Positions 16,482 to 25,601 of a DNA stretch of 64,000 nucleotides are shown one piece after another (the stretch's first letter is position 1; every line of letters begins with the position of its first letter). The notes under the pieces are model-generated. The model saw nothing but the letters and a program-made list of their open reading frames with translations, had not been told where the DNA came from and searched no databases. Origin of the DNA: a bacterium (lineage in GTDB: Bacteria > UBA8248); NCBI GenBank assembly GCA_965261085.1, contig OZ253442.1, positions 1,952,001 to 2,016,000 of the forward strand, read 5' to 3'. The translations under genes and the position numbers were made by a program.

Positions 16482-17738
16482 GTGGGCAAGACGATGGCGG
16501 AGAAAATCCTCTCCGCACACGCTGGACGCGAGGCCAGAGCGGGTGATTTGGTCATCGCGGAACTCGATTACGTCATGGCGGGCGACGCCAAGGGACCCAA
16601 GGCGGTCGACATCTTCCGCGAGGCGGGTTTCGAGTTCCGGATGGACCCGAAGAAAACGGATTTCATCATCGATCATTTCGTGCCCGCGCAGGACGTGCTC
16701 TGGGCGAACCATCACAAGAAGCTGAGAATCTTCGGGGCGGAGTTCGGCGTGGAAGTGTTCGAGCCGGGCGCGGGCGTGTGCCACACCGTGGTGACCGAAG
16801 AGGGCCGCGTGGGGCCGGGCGCGCTCACCGTGGGGGGAGACAGCCACGTGTGCACCTACGGGGCGCTGGGCGCGATGGGCGTGGCGGTTGAGAGCGTGGA
16901 GATCGCTTCCGCCTACGCCACCGGGAAGCTGTGGTTCAAGACGCCCGAGAGCGTTCGCGTGGAGTTCACCGGCGCGCTCGCCCACGGCGTGTTTTCAAAA
17001 GACATGGAACTCGTCCTCGCGCGCGAAATGGGCGAGAACGGGGCGAACTACATGGCGGTGGAATACGGCGGCTCGGCGCTCGCCGACTTGTCGATGGACG
17101 CGCGCTTCACCATCGCGAACATGTCGGTCGACATGGGGGCGAAGACGGGAATCATGGATGTGGATGAGAAAGCGCTCTCCTGGGCGCGGGCGCACGGAGC
17201 GCCTGTGGATGGAGCGGTGTCGCCCGACCCGGACGCCGTCTACGCGAGGAAAATCCATCTCGATATCTCTGAACTCACGCCCGTCGTGGCCGCCCCGCCC
17301 GCCACGGGGAACGCGCATCCCGTAGAGGACTACGCGGGCCTTCCCGTCCAGCAGGCGTTCGTGGGTACGTGCACGAACGGACGGCTGGAAGACATCGAAA
17401 TCGCGGCGCGCATCGTGCGGGGCAAGAAGATAGCCCCCGGCGTTCGTTTTTACGTCGCGCCCACGAGCAGGAGAATCTACGAAGCGGCCGCCGCGAGCGG
17501 GGCCATCGGGGCATTGGCCGAAGCGGGGGCCGCCGTGCTCACCGCCGCGTGCGGGCCTTGCGCCTCGATGACGGGAAACGGCTGTCTGGCCGATGGGGAG
17601 CGCGCCATATCGTCCGCGAACCGCAATTTTCCGGGGAGACTCGGCAGCAAGGAGGCCGAAATCTATCTGGGTTCCCCGGCCACGGTGGCGGCGAGCGCAG
17701 TGACGGGTTGCATCACGGATCCCAGAGAGTTTCTCTAG
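16482..17738 (+). CDS. LeuC/HacA-like aconitase-family hydro-lyase, large subunit
   Basis: GDSHVCTYGA, GTCTNGR, CGPC and NRNFPGR motifs; AGGAG RBS before GTG. Confidence 0.9.
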   Translation: MGKTMAEKILSAHAGREARAGDLVIAELDYVMAGDAKGPKAVDIFREAGFEFRMDPKKTDFIIDHFVPAQDVLWANHHKKLRIFGAEFGVEVFEPGAGVCHTVVTEEGRVGPGALTVGGDSHVCTYGALGAMGVAVESVEIASAYATGKLWFKTPESVRVEFTGALAHGVFSKDMELVLAREMGENGANYMAVEYGGSALADLSMDARFTIANMSVDMGAKTGIMDVDEKALSWARAHGAPVDGAVSPDPDAVYARKIHLDISELTPVVAAPPATGNAHPVEDYAGLPVQQAFVGTCTNGRLEDIEIAARIVRGKKIAPGVRFYVAPTSRRIYEAAAASGAIGALAEAGAAVLTAACGPCASMTGNGCLADGERAISSANRNFPGRLGSKEAEIYLGSPATVAASAVTGCITDPREFL

Positions 17739-17762
17739 GCGCATGACGAGGAGAATGAGATC

Positions 17763-18248
17763 GTGGCGATGAGGGGACGCGTCCACCGTTTCGGGGACGA
17801 CATCAGCACCGACGTGCATCTGTCGGTCAAATACCGCTCGCCGGGCACCTCGCTGGAAGAATTAAAGCGCGATGCCTTCAAGGAGTTGGACCCTGAATTT
17901 TCGGGGAAAGTGCAATCGGGCGACGTGGTGGTGGCCGGGAAGAACTTCGGGCTCATCAGCAGCCGGCAGGATTCCGCCGTGGTGTTGCGCGAGTTGGGCG
18001 TGAGCTGCGTACTCGCCAGGAGTTTCGGGCACATGTTCTACCGAAACGCCATCAACTCGGGCCTTCCCGTCATCGCGTGCGACACCGACGCCATCCGCGC
18101 GGGCGATGAGATAGAAGTCGACCCCATGGCGGGCGAGGCCCGCGTAGGGGATGAGACGATTACCTTTCCCCCGTTTCCAGACGGCCTGTGGGCGATGATC
18201 GAGGCGGGCGGCCTCGTGCCCTATCTGCAGGAGAAGGGTGATTTTTAG
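17763..18248 (+). CDS. LeuD/HacB-like hydro-lyase, small subunit
   Basis: GDDISTD, VAGKNFG..SSR and SF..FYRNAINSG motifs. Confidence 0.9.
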   Translation: MAMRGRVHRFGDDISTDVHLSVKYRSPGTSLEELKRDAFKELDPEFSGKVQSGDVVVAGKNFGLISSRQDSAVVLRELGVSCVLARSFGHMFYRNAINSGLPVIACDTDAIRAGDEIEVDPMAGEARVGDETITFPPFPDGLWAMIEAGGLVPYLQEKGDF

Positions 18249-18421
18249 GGCGGACTGATTCTCCCGGCTGTAGGTGTATATTTTTTTGACTCTTATTTTC
18301 GTTATTATTTCGTTTATATTATACTCCTGAGCTACCTACCCGACATAAGAGGACCCACCCGAGATGAGACGAGTTGATGGCGTCTTGCGTATTGATTTAT
18401 TCTTAGGCGTGGGAGAGAGAA

Positions 18422-18850
18422 ATGACCGAGTTTCAGCAGGCGACCTTGTTCGTGGGATGGCTGCAGGCCGGAGTGGCTCTGTTCGTGGGCATGGTGCAAT
18501 CGGCCCTGTTTTTTTACGGCATCAAGAGAATGAGCGACGCCTCCGAGAGGCGCGCCCGGCAAACGGACAGGCAAATCGACGCCATGATGAAGCAGATCGA
18601 TGTCATGGCGGACAACATGGACAAGCAGCACGAAGAGTCCATGAAACGAACGGACGCGCTGATAAAGCAGCAGGAGGAGTCCTCGAAACAAACGGACGCG
18701 TTGATCAAGTTACAGGAAGACACCTCGAAGCGAACGGACGCGCTGCTCAAACAGAGTGAAATGACGATGAAACAAAGTGAAATCACGATGAAGCAAAGTG
18801 AAACGGCGATGCTGGCCTTGCGCCGTCTGCTTGAAAGGCCCGCCGACTGA
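18422..18850 (+). CDS. Small membrane-anchored coiled-coil protein with tandem repeats
   Basis: N-terminal hydrophobic helix, three 14-aa repeats (QxExSxKxTDALxK) and three KQSExxM repeats; paralog of 15788-16270. Confidence 0.7.
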   Translation: MTEFQQATLFVGWLQAGVALFVGMVQSALFFYGIKRMSDASERRARQTDRQIDAMMKQIDVMADNMDKQHEESMKRTDALIKQQEESSKQTDALIKLQEDTSKRTDALLKQSEMTMKQSEITMKQSETAMLALRRLLERPAD

Positions 18851-18884
18851 CGCCAGGTCATCAGGCGGCTTCTTTATACGACGA

Positions 18885-19353
18885 CTAAGGGCAAATCTCC
18901 CCGAGAACGCTCTCCAATACCTCCATCGGCAAATCGAAATCCCTGTATCCTTGTCTGAGCGTTTCGACGTAGTGCGCCGCCGGGCGCGCGGCCTTTATAG
19001 GATGCCGCATGATGTAGAGCATGGCGCAGAGGGGGACGCCGTCCGTCAGGATTTCCACTTCTTTCCGGTCGTAGAGCGCCGGGTAGTCCTCGAAATGATC
19101 GAGCGCGGGCAGGTTCGTCGGAGTGGAGGCGAAACAGCGCACCCGGCGCCTCAGCGCCCTTATGGGGCGTCACGGTGGCCCAGCCGGGCTGGTTCCCGGG
19201 CGCGGTGGCGGGCAGGGCGATGGTGAGGCGGTATTCCTGAAGGCGCGCGGGACATACGGGCGCGCTCCTGGGACAAAGGGATTTCATTTGCGCGATGTGC
19301 AGGTTCGCCCCGTAGGCGAAGTAGTTCGACTCAGGCGTAGCCGGGGTAGTCAT
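18885..19353 (-). pseudogene. Gamma-glutamylcyclotransferase family gene split by a +1 frameshift near 19115
   Basis: N-half YFAYGANL...GALFRL in one frame and C-half LDHFEDYP...YVETLRQGY in another; removing one A from GACGAACCTG restores SDDLPALD. Could be a sequencing error. Confidence 0.75.
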
Positions 19354-19726
19354 CCTCTTCATCGCCCTCCCAGTCGAGGTCGATGACCGGCGGATCGCTA
19401 CCGTCGCTCGGGAAGGCGAGCAGGAGCCTGGTCTTCTCCTCTCCCACCTGGGCTGCGCTGTGGATCGCCTCCTCGCGGATGGTGATCACCTCGCCCTGCT
19501 GGACGAGGACGAGTTCTTCCTCCACGTTGAACTGCATCTGGCCCTCGATGACGATGATGGCCTCTTCTTCATGGTGCGTGTGGTAGGGCACAAAAGCTCC
19601 GGCGGGTTGTTCGACCTCGAATACGCGGTAGTCGCGTTCGGCCAGAGCGGAGATGATCTCCTCCTGCTCGGGTTCGCATTGGTACGCTGTGGCGACGTCT
19701 TCTAGGCGATAGGTCGGCTTGCTCAT
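19331..19726 (-). CDS. Cupin domain protein
   Basis: PYHTHHEEE..IVIEG...GE.I...IHSA motif. Confidence 0.8.
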   Translation of the reverse strand: MSKPTYRLEDVATAYQCEPEQEEIISALAERDYRVFEVEQPAGAFVPYHTHHEEEAIIVIEGQMQFNVEEELVLVQQGEVITIREEAIHSAAQVGEEKTRLLLAFPSDGSDPPVIDLDWEGDEEDDYPGYA

Positions 19727-19741
19727 TTGGAGACCTCCATT

Positions 19742-20191
19742 TCACGTGCCCAGGAGTTTCCGGACCGCTTGGGAAATACGGGCTCCCGTGGCGCGTCCGG
19801 CTAGTTTGCGGGTCAACATTCCCATTACCTTTCCCATGTCTTTCATCGAGGAGGCCCCGGTTTCCTCGATCACCGCCTGGGCGGCGGCTTCGATTTCCGC
19901 ATCCTCCATCTGCGCGGGGAGATAGCCCTGGATGAACCGAATTTCATCGCGTTCCTTTTGAGCCAAATCCTCGCGGCCGGCGGCTGCGTACTGCTCGGCG
20001 GCTTCCTCCCGCTTTTTTACCATACTTTGCATTAGCTTGAGAATATCTTTTTGCGATGTTTCTTCGCCGCTTTCCTTGTCCTTGTTCAAAATCTCGGCGC
20101 GCGCCATGCGGATGGTGGAGAGCCTGAGCGTCTCCTTCGCGCGCATGGCGGTCTTCATGTCTTCGATGAGCGCCTCTCGAATGCTGGACAA
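19742..20191 (-). CDS. GatB/YqeY domain protein
   Basis: DMKTAMRAK..RLSTIR, AGREDLA and MKDMGKVMG motifs; start at TTG after GGAG. Confidence 0.9.
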   Translation of the reverse strand: MSSIREALIEDMKTAMRAKETLRLSTIRMARAEILNKDKESGEETSQKDILKLMQSMVKKREEAAEQYAAAGREDLAQKERDEIRFIQGYLPAQMEDAEIEAAAQAVIEETGASSMKDMGKVMGMLTRKLAGRATGARISQAVRKLLGT

Positions 20192-20202
20192 CGTGAATTC
20201 TC

Positions 20203-20595
20203 CTATCCCTGCGTCGTTGCGCGGGGCCTTGCCTTTTCTCGGTGGAGACACCACATTACGGCGATGCCGCCGCCCGCGATGTCCGCCGCCAGGTCTCCCC
20301 ACGTCGCGGCCCTGTGGGGCAGAAAAAGCTGGTGCAATTCATCTCCCGCGCCGTTGAGCGCCGTGAGGATGAAGATGAAGGCGGCGGTTTTCCCCTCGGT
20401 CCATCGAGGGAGCGTTTCCCGCCAGGGCCGCCAGAGTAGCCCGGCGAGAAGCCCAAACTCGCAGAGGTGAACGATTTTGTCCACCCCTACCGGAAGGGTG
20501 GAAGAGGGATTGCGCCCGCCCGTCGCCGTCCAGAGGTGAATCGCCGCCATAAGCCCGAGCGCAAGCGCCCAGCGCAGGGTGGTTTTGACGCTCAC
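20203..20595 (-). CDS. VanZ family membrane protein
   Basis: DKIVHL.EFG.L and DELHQ.F.P.R..TWGD..AD motifs. Confidence 0.85.
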   Translation of the reverse strand: MSVKTTLRWALALGLMAAIHLWTATGGRNPSSTLPVGVDKIVHLCEFGLLAGLLWRPWRETLPRWTEGKTAAFIFILTALNGAGDELHQLFLPHRAATWGDLAADIAGGGIAVMWCLHREKARPRATTQG

Positions 20596-20607
20596 CGCCT
20601 TGTTCTC

Positions 20608-21003
20608 TTATTCGGGCAGGGGGACGATGGCCTCGACTTCGACCAGAAAATCGGGATCGGCCAGACTCGATATCACCAGAAACGTGCTCACCGGCGGGGC
20701 GTCGGGAAAGAACTCGGCGCGCACCTTGCCGACGGCGCTCCTGTAATCGAGGCTCGTGACGAAGACCTGAATCTTGGCGGTATCCGCCATGCGCCCGCCC
20801 GCCGCTTCCACCACCTTCTGGATGTTCCGGTAGCACTGGCGCGCCTGTCCCTCCGGGTCGCCCGGGCAGACGAGATTGCCGTCCTCATCGAGGGGCGTCT
20901 GGCCCGCGACGTAGAGCGTGCGTCCGCCCTCGGTGATGACCCCGTGCGAGAAATGTCCGGCAGGTGCGGCCAGCGTATCGGGAGCCAGCGTTTCGCGCTT
21001 CAT
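20608..21003 (-). CDS. RidA/YjgF family protein
   Basis: LYVAGQ, F....PPVST and LVEVEAI motifs; AGGAGG RBS. Confidence 0.88.
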   Translation of the reverse strand: MKRETLAPDTLAAPAGHFSHGVITEGGRTLYVAGQTPLDEDGNLVCPGDPEGQARQCYRNIQKVVEAAGGRMADTAKIQVFVTSLDYRSAVGKVRAEFFPDAPPVSTFLVISSLADPDFLVEVEAIVPLPE

Positions 21004-21032
21004 CTTCATTCCTCCTGATTTGTCGGCGCGCC

Positions 21033-22364
21033 TCAATAGGCCAGTTTCGCCTCGCCCAGGTTACCCACCACCGCGAGGGTGGATTCGTCGAGTTTGATGT
21101 ATTTTCTCGCCGCCGCGAGGATTTGCTCCTTCGTAACGGCGCGAATCTTTTTCAGGTATTCATCCGCGTAACCGGGGGAGAAGCCCAGAATTTCCACTGC
21201 GAGGATGTAGTTCGCGATGCGGCCCGATGAACCGAAGCGCGTGGCGAAGTTCCCGGTGATGAAGTCCTTGGCGTCTTGAAGCTCCTTGTCGCTCACCCCT
21301 TTTTCCTTGATGCGCTTTACTTCCGCGATCGCTTCTTTGATGGCCTCGTTTGCGCTCTTGTTCTTCGTCTGCAGGATGAGCCGCCAGTGGCCCGCGTGAC
21401 GGCCCGCGGCGAAATAGCTGTAGACGCTGTAGACGAGGCCTTTTTCTTCTCTCAGGTTTTCCATGATCCTGCTGGAAAACCCGCCCCCGCCCAGGATGTA
21501 GTTCATCATGCGCGCGGCGTAAAAATCTGGGTTCGTGCGCTTGAGCGAGCGGTTGCCCATCATCACCGTGGTCTGTGTGAGAGGACGGTCGATCTTCACC
21601 ACCTGCATCTTCTTCGGTGCTTCGGGCGTCGTCGCCTCGGGGATTTCCCCCCCGCCCGCTCGCCAGTCCTTGAAGCGGGCCAGAACGAGTTCTCGCGCGC
21701 GCTTGAGCGAAACGTCCCCCACGAAGACGAAGATCGCCCCCTTCATGCCGTACCATTTCCTATGGAAGCGGACGAGGTCCTCCCGGCGTAGTTTTTTGAT
21801 CGACGCCTCCGTTCCCTCGATCATGCGGCCATAGGGCGTTTCCCCGAAAAGGCTCTTCCTGAGCGCCTTGTTCGCCAGATGGCCGGGGCGCTCGCGCTGT
21901 CTGCGCAAACCGCCCATGATGCGCTTTTTCGTCTTCTCCATCTCCTCAGCCGGGAAGGTGGGGTTTCTGAGTACGTCGCTCAACAGGGAGAGGCCCTCGT
22001 CCAGGTCCCTCGTGAGCACGCGCATGGATACCTCAGCGCGCGCGCGGCCTGCCTCGACGCCCACGCCGCCGCCCAGCGCGTCGTTCAGCTTCTCGATGTC
22101 GGATGCGCTTCTCGTATTCGTCCCCCGCGTGAGGAGGGCGGAGGTAAGGTTCGCGAGTCCCGCTTGTTCGGGCGCCTCATGGCGCGAGCCCGACGGAATC
22201 GAGACGGTGATCCGCACCATAGGCAGTTGCCTGCTTTCCTTGACGAGCAATACGCCGCCGCCCGGCAACTCCTCGCGCTCATAGGTGATGACGGCGGCGC
22301 CCGCCAGGGCGGGCAGGAGGAGGAGTGCGGCAGCCAGTGTCCAGAGAATGCGGTGTAATCTCAT
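21033..22364 (-). CDS. M16 family peptidase, non-catalytic subunit (secreted)
   Basis: Signal peptide; GLANLT..LL.RGT without HxxEH; ILGGGGFSSR and LREEKGLVY motifs. Confidence 0.88.
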   Translation of the reverse strand: MRLHRILWTLAAALLLLPALAGAAVITYEREELPGGGVLLVKESRQLPMVRITVSIPSGSRHEAPEQAGLANLTSALLTRGTNTRSASDIEKLNDALGGGVGVEAGRARAEVSMRVLTRDLDEGLSLLSDVLRNPTFPAEEMEKTKKRIMGGLRRQRERPGHLANKALRKSLFGETPYGRMIEGTEASIKKLRREDLVRFHRKWYGMKGAIFVFVGDVSLKRARELVLARFKDWRAGGGEIPEATTPEAPKKMQVVKIDRPLTQTTVMMGNRSLKRTNPDFYAARMMNYILGGGGFSSRIMENLREEKGLVYSVYSYFAAGRHAGHWRLILQTKNKSANEAIKEAIAEVKRIKEKGVSDKELQDAKDFITGNFATRFGSSGRIANYILAVEILGFSPGYADEYLKKIRAVTKEQILAAARKYIKLDESTLAVVGNLGEAKLAY

Positions 22365-22365
22365 G

Positions 22366-23766
22366 CTAGCGTCCTTCCCGGCTTTTGGCGGCGCTTGCGC
22401 GGCGGCTCTTCTTGGTCGGTATGAGTTCGGCGGTGGTCTTGTTCCGGTGGCTCAGGTATTTTTTCGCGACGCGCACCACGTCGGCGGGCGTCACCTTCCT
22501 GAGTGCGGGCAGGTAGCCTTCGAGCAGACGCCAGTCGCCCGCCACCACCGCCTGGCCCAAGAGCCTCGCGCGGTAGTAGTGCGAGTCCATGGCGAAAATC
22601 GTGTTCGCCTCGATGTTCCTGAGCGCACGGCGGAATTCCTCGTCCGAAACGCCTTTTTCAATAAGTTTTTCCACCTCATCGAGCAGGGCCTTTTCCGCGT
22701 CGGCGGCCTTCTTGCCCGGCGCCACCCTCGCGTAGAGATAGAAGACCATCGGGTCCACCGATATGTAGGTGTAATCGGTTCCCGCGCCCAGCGCGGTGGT
22801 GTCTTTGCGCACGAGCCTCTGGTGGAGGCGCGAGGTCTCCCCCCCGCCGAGTATGGCCTCGAGCATGACGAGAGCGGGCGCGTCCTCGCTCTTCCAGTTG
22901 GGCGTGTGGTAGCCGACCGCCACGTAGGGAAGCTGCGCGTCGGCGCGCACGTACACCCTGCGCTCCGATTTCTGGGGGAACTCGAAGAGTTTTGGCCTTT
23001 TTTTGAAGGTCGGGGACTTGGGGATTTTCCCAAAGTGTTTTTCGAGCAGCGCAATGGCTTCTTCGACCTTGAAGTCGCCCACCAGGACGGCGACGGCGTT
23101 CTCGGGGCTGTAGTAGCGCTTGTAGAACGCTTCTACGTCCTTGATGGTGGCGGTCTCCAGGTCCTCGGGCCAGCCGATGATCGGGTTCTTGTAGGGGTGG
23201 TTCGTGTAGGCGACGGCCCGTAGCTGCTCCCAAAACTTGCCCACGGGCCTGTCGCTCCGGGTGCGTCTTTCCTCGTGAACCACGTTTTTCTCCGCGTCGA
23301 AGGCCGTCTTTTCAAGCAGCATGTTCACCATACGGTCGGCTTCGAGCTCGATGATGAGTTCGAGCCTGTCCGAGGCGATGCGCTCGTAGTACGCGGTGTA
23401 GTCGAAGCTCGTAAACGCATTGTGGGAGCCGCCGTTTTTCTTGATGATCTCGCTGAATACCTTGGGGCCGTATTTTTTCGTGCCGCGAAACATCATGTGT
23501 TCGAGAAAATGGGCGATGCCCGTGAGGCCGGGCTGTTCGTCGCGGCTGCCGACGGCGTACCAGATCTTCATGACCACCATGGGCGCGCTGTGGTCGGGCA
23601 GTAGCAGGGCGCGCATCCCGTTCTTCATCTTATGCTCGGTCACGTTCCAGGGAACGCGCAGGGCGGTGGCCTCCGTCTTGGCGTCGGCCTTGATGGAGGG
23701 CGCGGCCAGGAGAAGGAAGATACAGGTGCCGATCAGCAGCGCGCGCAGCTTGTTTGTTTTCCGCAT
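22366..23766 (-). CDS. M16 family zinc peptidase, catalytic subunit (secreted)
   Basis: GIAHFLEHMMFRGT, NAFTS.DYT.Y and E..VV.EERR motifs; signal peptide. Confidence 0.92.
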   Translation of the reverse strand: MRKTNKLRALLIGTCIFLLLAAPSIKADAKTEATALRVPWNVTEHKMKNGMRALLLPDHSAPMVVMKIWYAVGSRDEQPGLTGIAHFLEHMMFRGTKKYGPKVFSEIIKKNGGSHNAFTSFDYTAYYERIASDRLELIIELEADRMVNMLLEKTAFDAEKNVVHEERRTRSDRPVGKFWEQLRAVAYTNHPYKNPIIGWPEDLETATIKDVEAFYKRYYSPENAVAVLVGDFKVEEAIALLEKHFGKIPKSPTFKKRPKLFEFPQKSERRVYVRADAQLPYVAVGYHTPNWKSEDAPALVMLEAILGGGETSRLHQRLVRKDTTALGAGTDYTYISVDPMVFYLYARVAPGKKAADAEKALLDEVEKLIEKGVSDEEFRRALRNIEANTIFAMDSHYYRARLLGQAVVAGDWRLLEGYLPALRKVTPADVVRVAKKYLSHRNKTTAELIPTKKSRRASAAKSREGR

Positions 23767-23839
23767 GAATTCATCCTCGTGGTGGCGGCGATCTTGAAGC
23801 ATTCCGGGGCGTCGCCCGGAGAGAAGGCGACGATTCACT

Positions 23840-24847
23840 CTAGTCCTTGATGCCCGCTTTTTCCAGCACCTCCGGGTTCAGAAGGCCCGCCGGGCGTCTT
23901 CCGGCGATGACGTCGAGCGCGGCGGCGACGGCGAACTCGAGCGATTGTTCGCAGGCGTCCTCACCCAGGCCCGCGATGTGCGGGGTGAGGATGACGTTGT
24001 CGAGCGAGAAGATGCGGTGGCGGTGATCGGCCGGCTCGTTCGGGAAAACGTCCAGCGCAGCGCCCTGAATGATGCCGCGCTCAAGCGCCGTGGCCGCTGC
24101 GTCCAGATCCACCACGGGGCCGCGCGAGGTGTTGATGAGATAGGCCCCCGGTTTCATCGAGGAGAGGAATTTTTCATCCACCATGCCCCGCGTCCCATCG
24201 TTCAGGGGGACGTGGCAGGTGATGAAGTCCGCCCGGCGCGTCACCTCCTCGCGCGCCTCAAAGAAAACGCCCACCTCGGCGGCGAAGCGCTCATCGCGTA
24301 CGATGTCATGGGCGATGACCTCCATGCCGAAGGCGACGGCGCGCCTCGCCACGCGCTTGCCGATGTTGCCCAGACCGATGATGCCCAGCGTCTTTCCCCT
24401 GAGCGGCGATATGGGAACTCTCAAGTCCGCCCATTCGCCCGTGCGCATTTTCTTGTCGCACAGGGCGATTTTTCGCGCGATGCACAGCATGAGGCCGAGA
24501 GCGTGTTCCGCGACGGAATCGGAATTCTGGCCGGGCGCGTTGGTGACGACCACCCCGTGGCGCGTGGCGGCGTCCAGATCGACGGAATTGAAGCCCACCC
24601 CCGTTCTGGCGATGTGCTTCAAGTCCACTCCCGCCGCCAGGGTGTGATCGTTATAGGGGTCGTTGCTCGGGAAGGTGACGACCACGCCGGGAAGGGAGGC
24701 GATGAGTTCTTCCTCCGTCCTGTCCACGCCGTTCGATTCGATTCTGATTTCCAGGCCCGCTTCGGTTTCGAGCCGCTTGAAGTGGCGCATCGGGTCTTCG
24801 AGGCCGCTCAGCCAACTCGTGGTGACCCAGGCGATTCCTTTCGACAA
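23840..24847 (-). CDS. D-2-hydroxyacid dehydrogenase (SerA-like)
   Basis: GIIGLGNIG, LINTSRG, ALDVFPNEP and TPHIAG motifs. Confidence 0.9.
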   Translation of the reverse strand: MSKGIAWVTTSWLSGLEDPMRHFKRLETEAGLEIRIESNGVDRTEEELIASLPGVVVTFPSNDPYNDHTLAAGVDLKHIARTGVGFNSVDLDAATRHGVVVTNAPGQNSDSVAEHALGLMLCIARKIALCDKKMRTGEWADLRVPISPLRGKTLGIIGLGNIGKRVARRAVAFGMEVIAHDIVRDERFAAEVGVFFEAREEVTRRADFITCHVPLNDGTRGMVDEKFLSSMKPGAYLINTSRGPVVDLDAAATALERGIIQGAALDVFPNEPADHRHRIFSLDNVILTPHIAGLGEDACEQSLEFAVAAALDVIAGRRPAGLLNPEVLEKAGIKD

Positions 24848-24895
24848 TTTTCTATCCTCTCGTTGGTGTTTCCGTTCGGATTTCCGGGGAATTTG

Positions 24896-25579
24896 CTAGA
24901 AAACCTCATCTTCGGGGTTGTGCACCTCGCCCATGCGCTTGAGTGTGGGGAGGGGCAGTCCCTCGTAGAGCTTGACCAACTCCTCGTTCGTCTCGGCGAG
25001 CGCCATCTGGTAGAGGCTGTTGCCCCGTGCGTCGCATTCCACGAGGAAGGGCCCGAAGTTTTTTACCTCGAACACCCACATCGCCTGGGCGATGCCGAGT
25101 TCATCGAGCCAGTAGACGTCCCTGACGCCCGTGACGCCGCGTCCGTACTGCGCGCCGATGCCGTAGCCCACCGTGTTCAGGAACACCGCGCCCAGGCGCT
25201 TGAAGTGTTTTTGGTAAAACTCCGCCGCCATGCCGCCCTTGCCGATGACGCAGCGTATTCCGTGCGTATCCATCAAGAGCGGTAGGTGTTTTTCAAAGCG
25301 AAAACTCGCCGTGGCCGTTACGGCGGCCACCTTCCACTCGCCCGCATCGTTTCGCCCCACGGCGGGCGAGCAGTGAAACGTCACGTTCGTGAGCGAGGCG
25401 ATGTCCACGGGCGGCGGCGCCTTTTCGTCAAAGAGTTTCTTGTAGAGGCCGATTCTGCCCGTGAAGATCACGCCGTCGAAATAGACGATGTCGCCGAGTT
25501 CCAGTTTCGCCAGATCCTCGGACGAGGTCGGCGTCGTGAGGTGATGCTCCTTCATTTCCAGGTCGGCTGTGCCGCTCAT
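24896..25579 (-). CDS. Fe-S hydro-lyase beta subunit (class I fumarase / tartrate dehydratase type)
   Basis: L.LGD.VY..G.IFTGR, IGKGGM, WLDELG..A.W.FEV.NFGP and D.RGNSLY motifs. Confidence 0.85.
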   Translation of the reverse strand: MSGTADLEMKEHHLTTPTSSEDLAKLELGDIVYFDGVIFTGRIGLYKKLFDEKAPPPVDIASLTNVTFHCSPAVGRNDAGEWKVAAVTATASFRFEKHLPLLMDTHGIRCVIGKGGMAAEFYQKHFKRLGAVFLNTVGYGIGAQYGRGVTGVRDVYWLDELGIAQAMWVFEVKNFGPFLVECDARGNSLYQMALAETNEELVKLYEGLPLPTLKRMGEVHNPEDEVF

Positions 25580-25601
25580 ATTGCAGAATCTCCCGGGCCG
25601 C

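Noticed and set aside
15426-16985. 519-aa minus-strand ORF and other long antisense ORFs (e.g. 23945-25285, 37873-38973, 39025-40086)
   Set aside because: They are shadows of well-supported genes on the other strand or frame, as expected in high-GC DNA.
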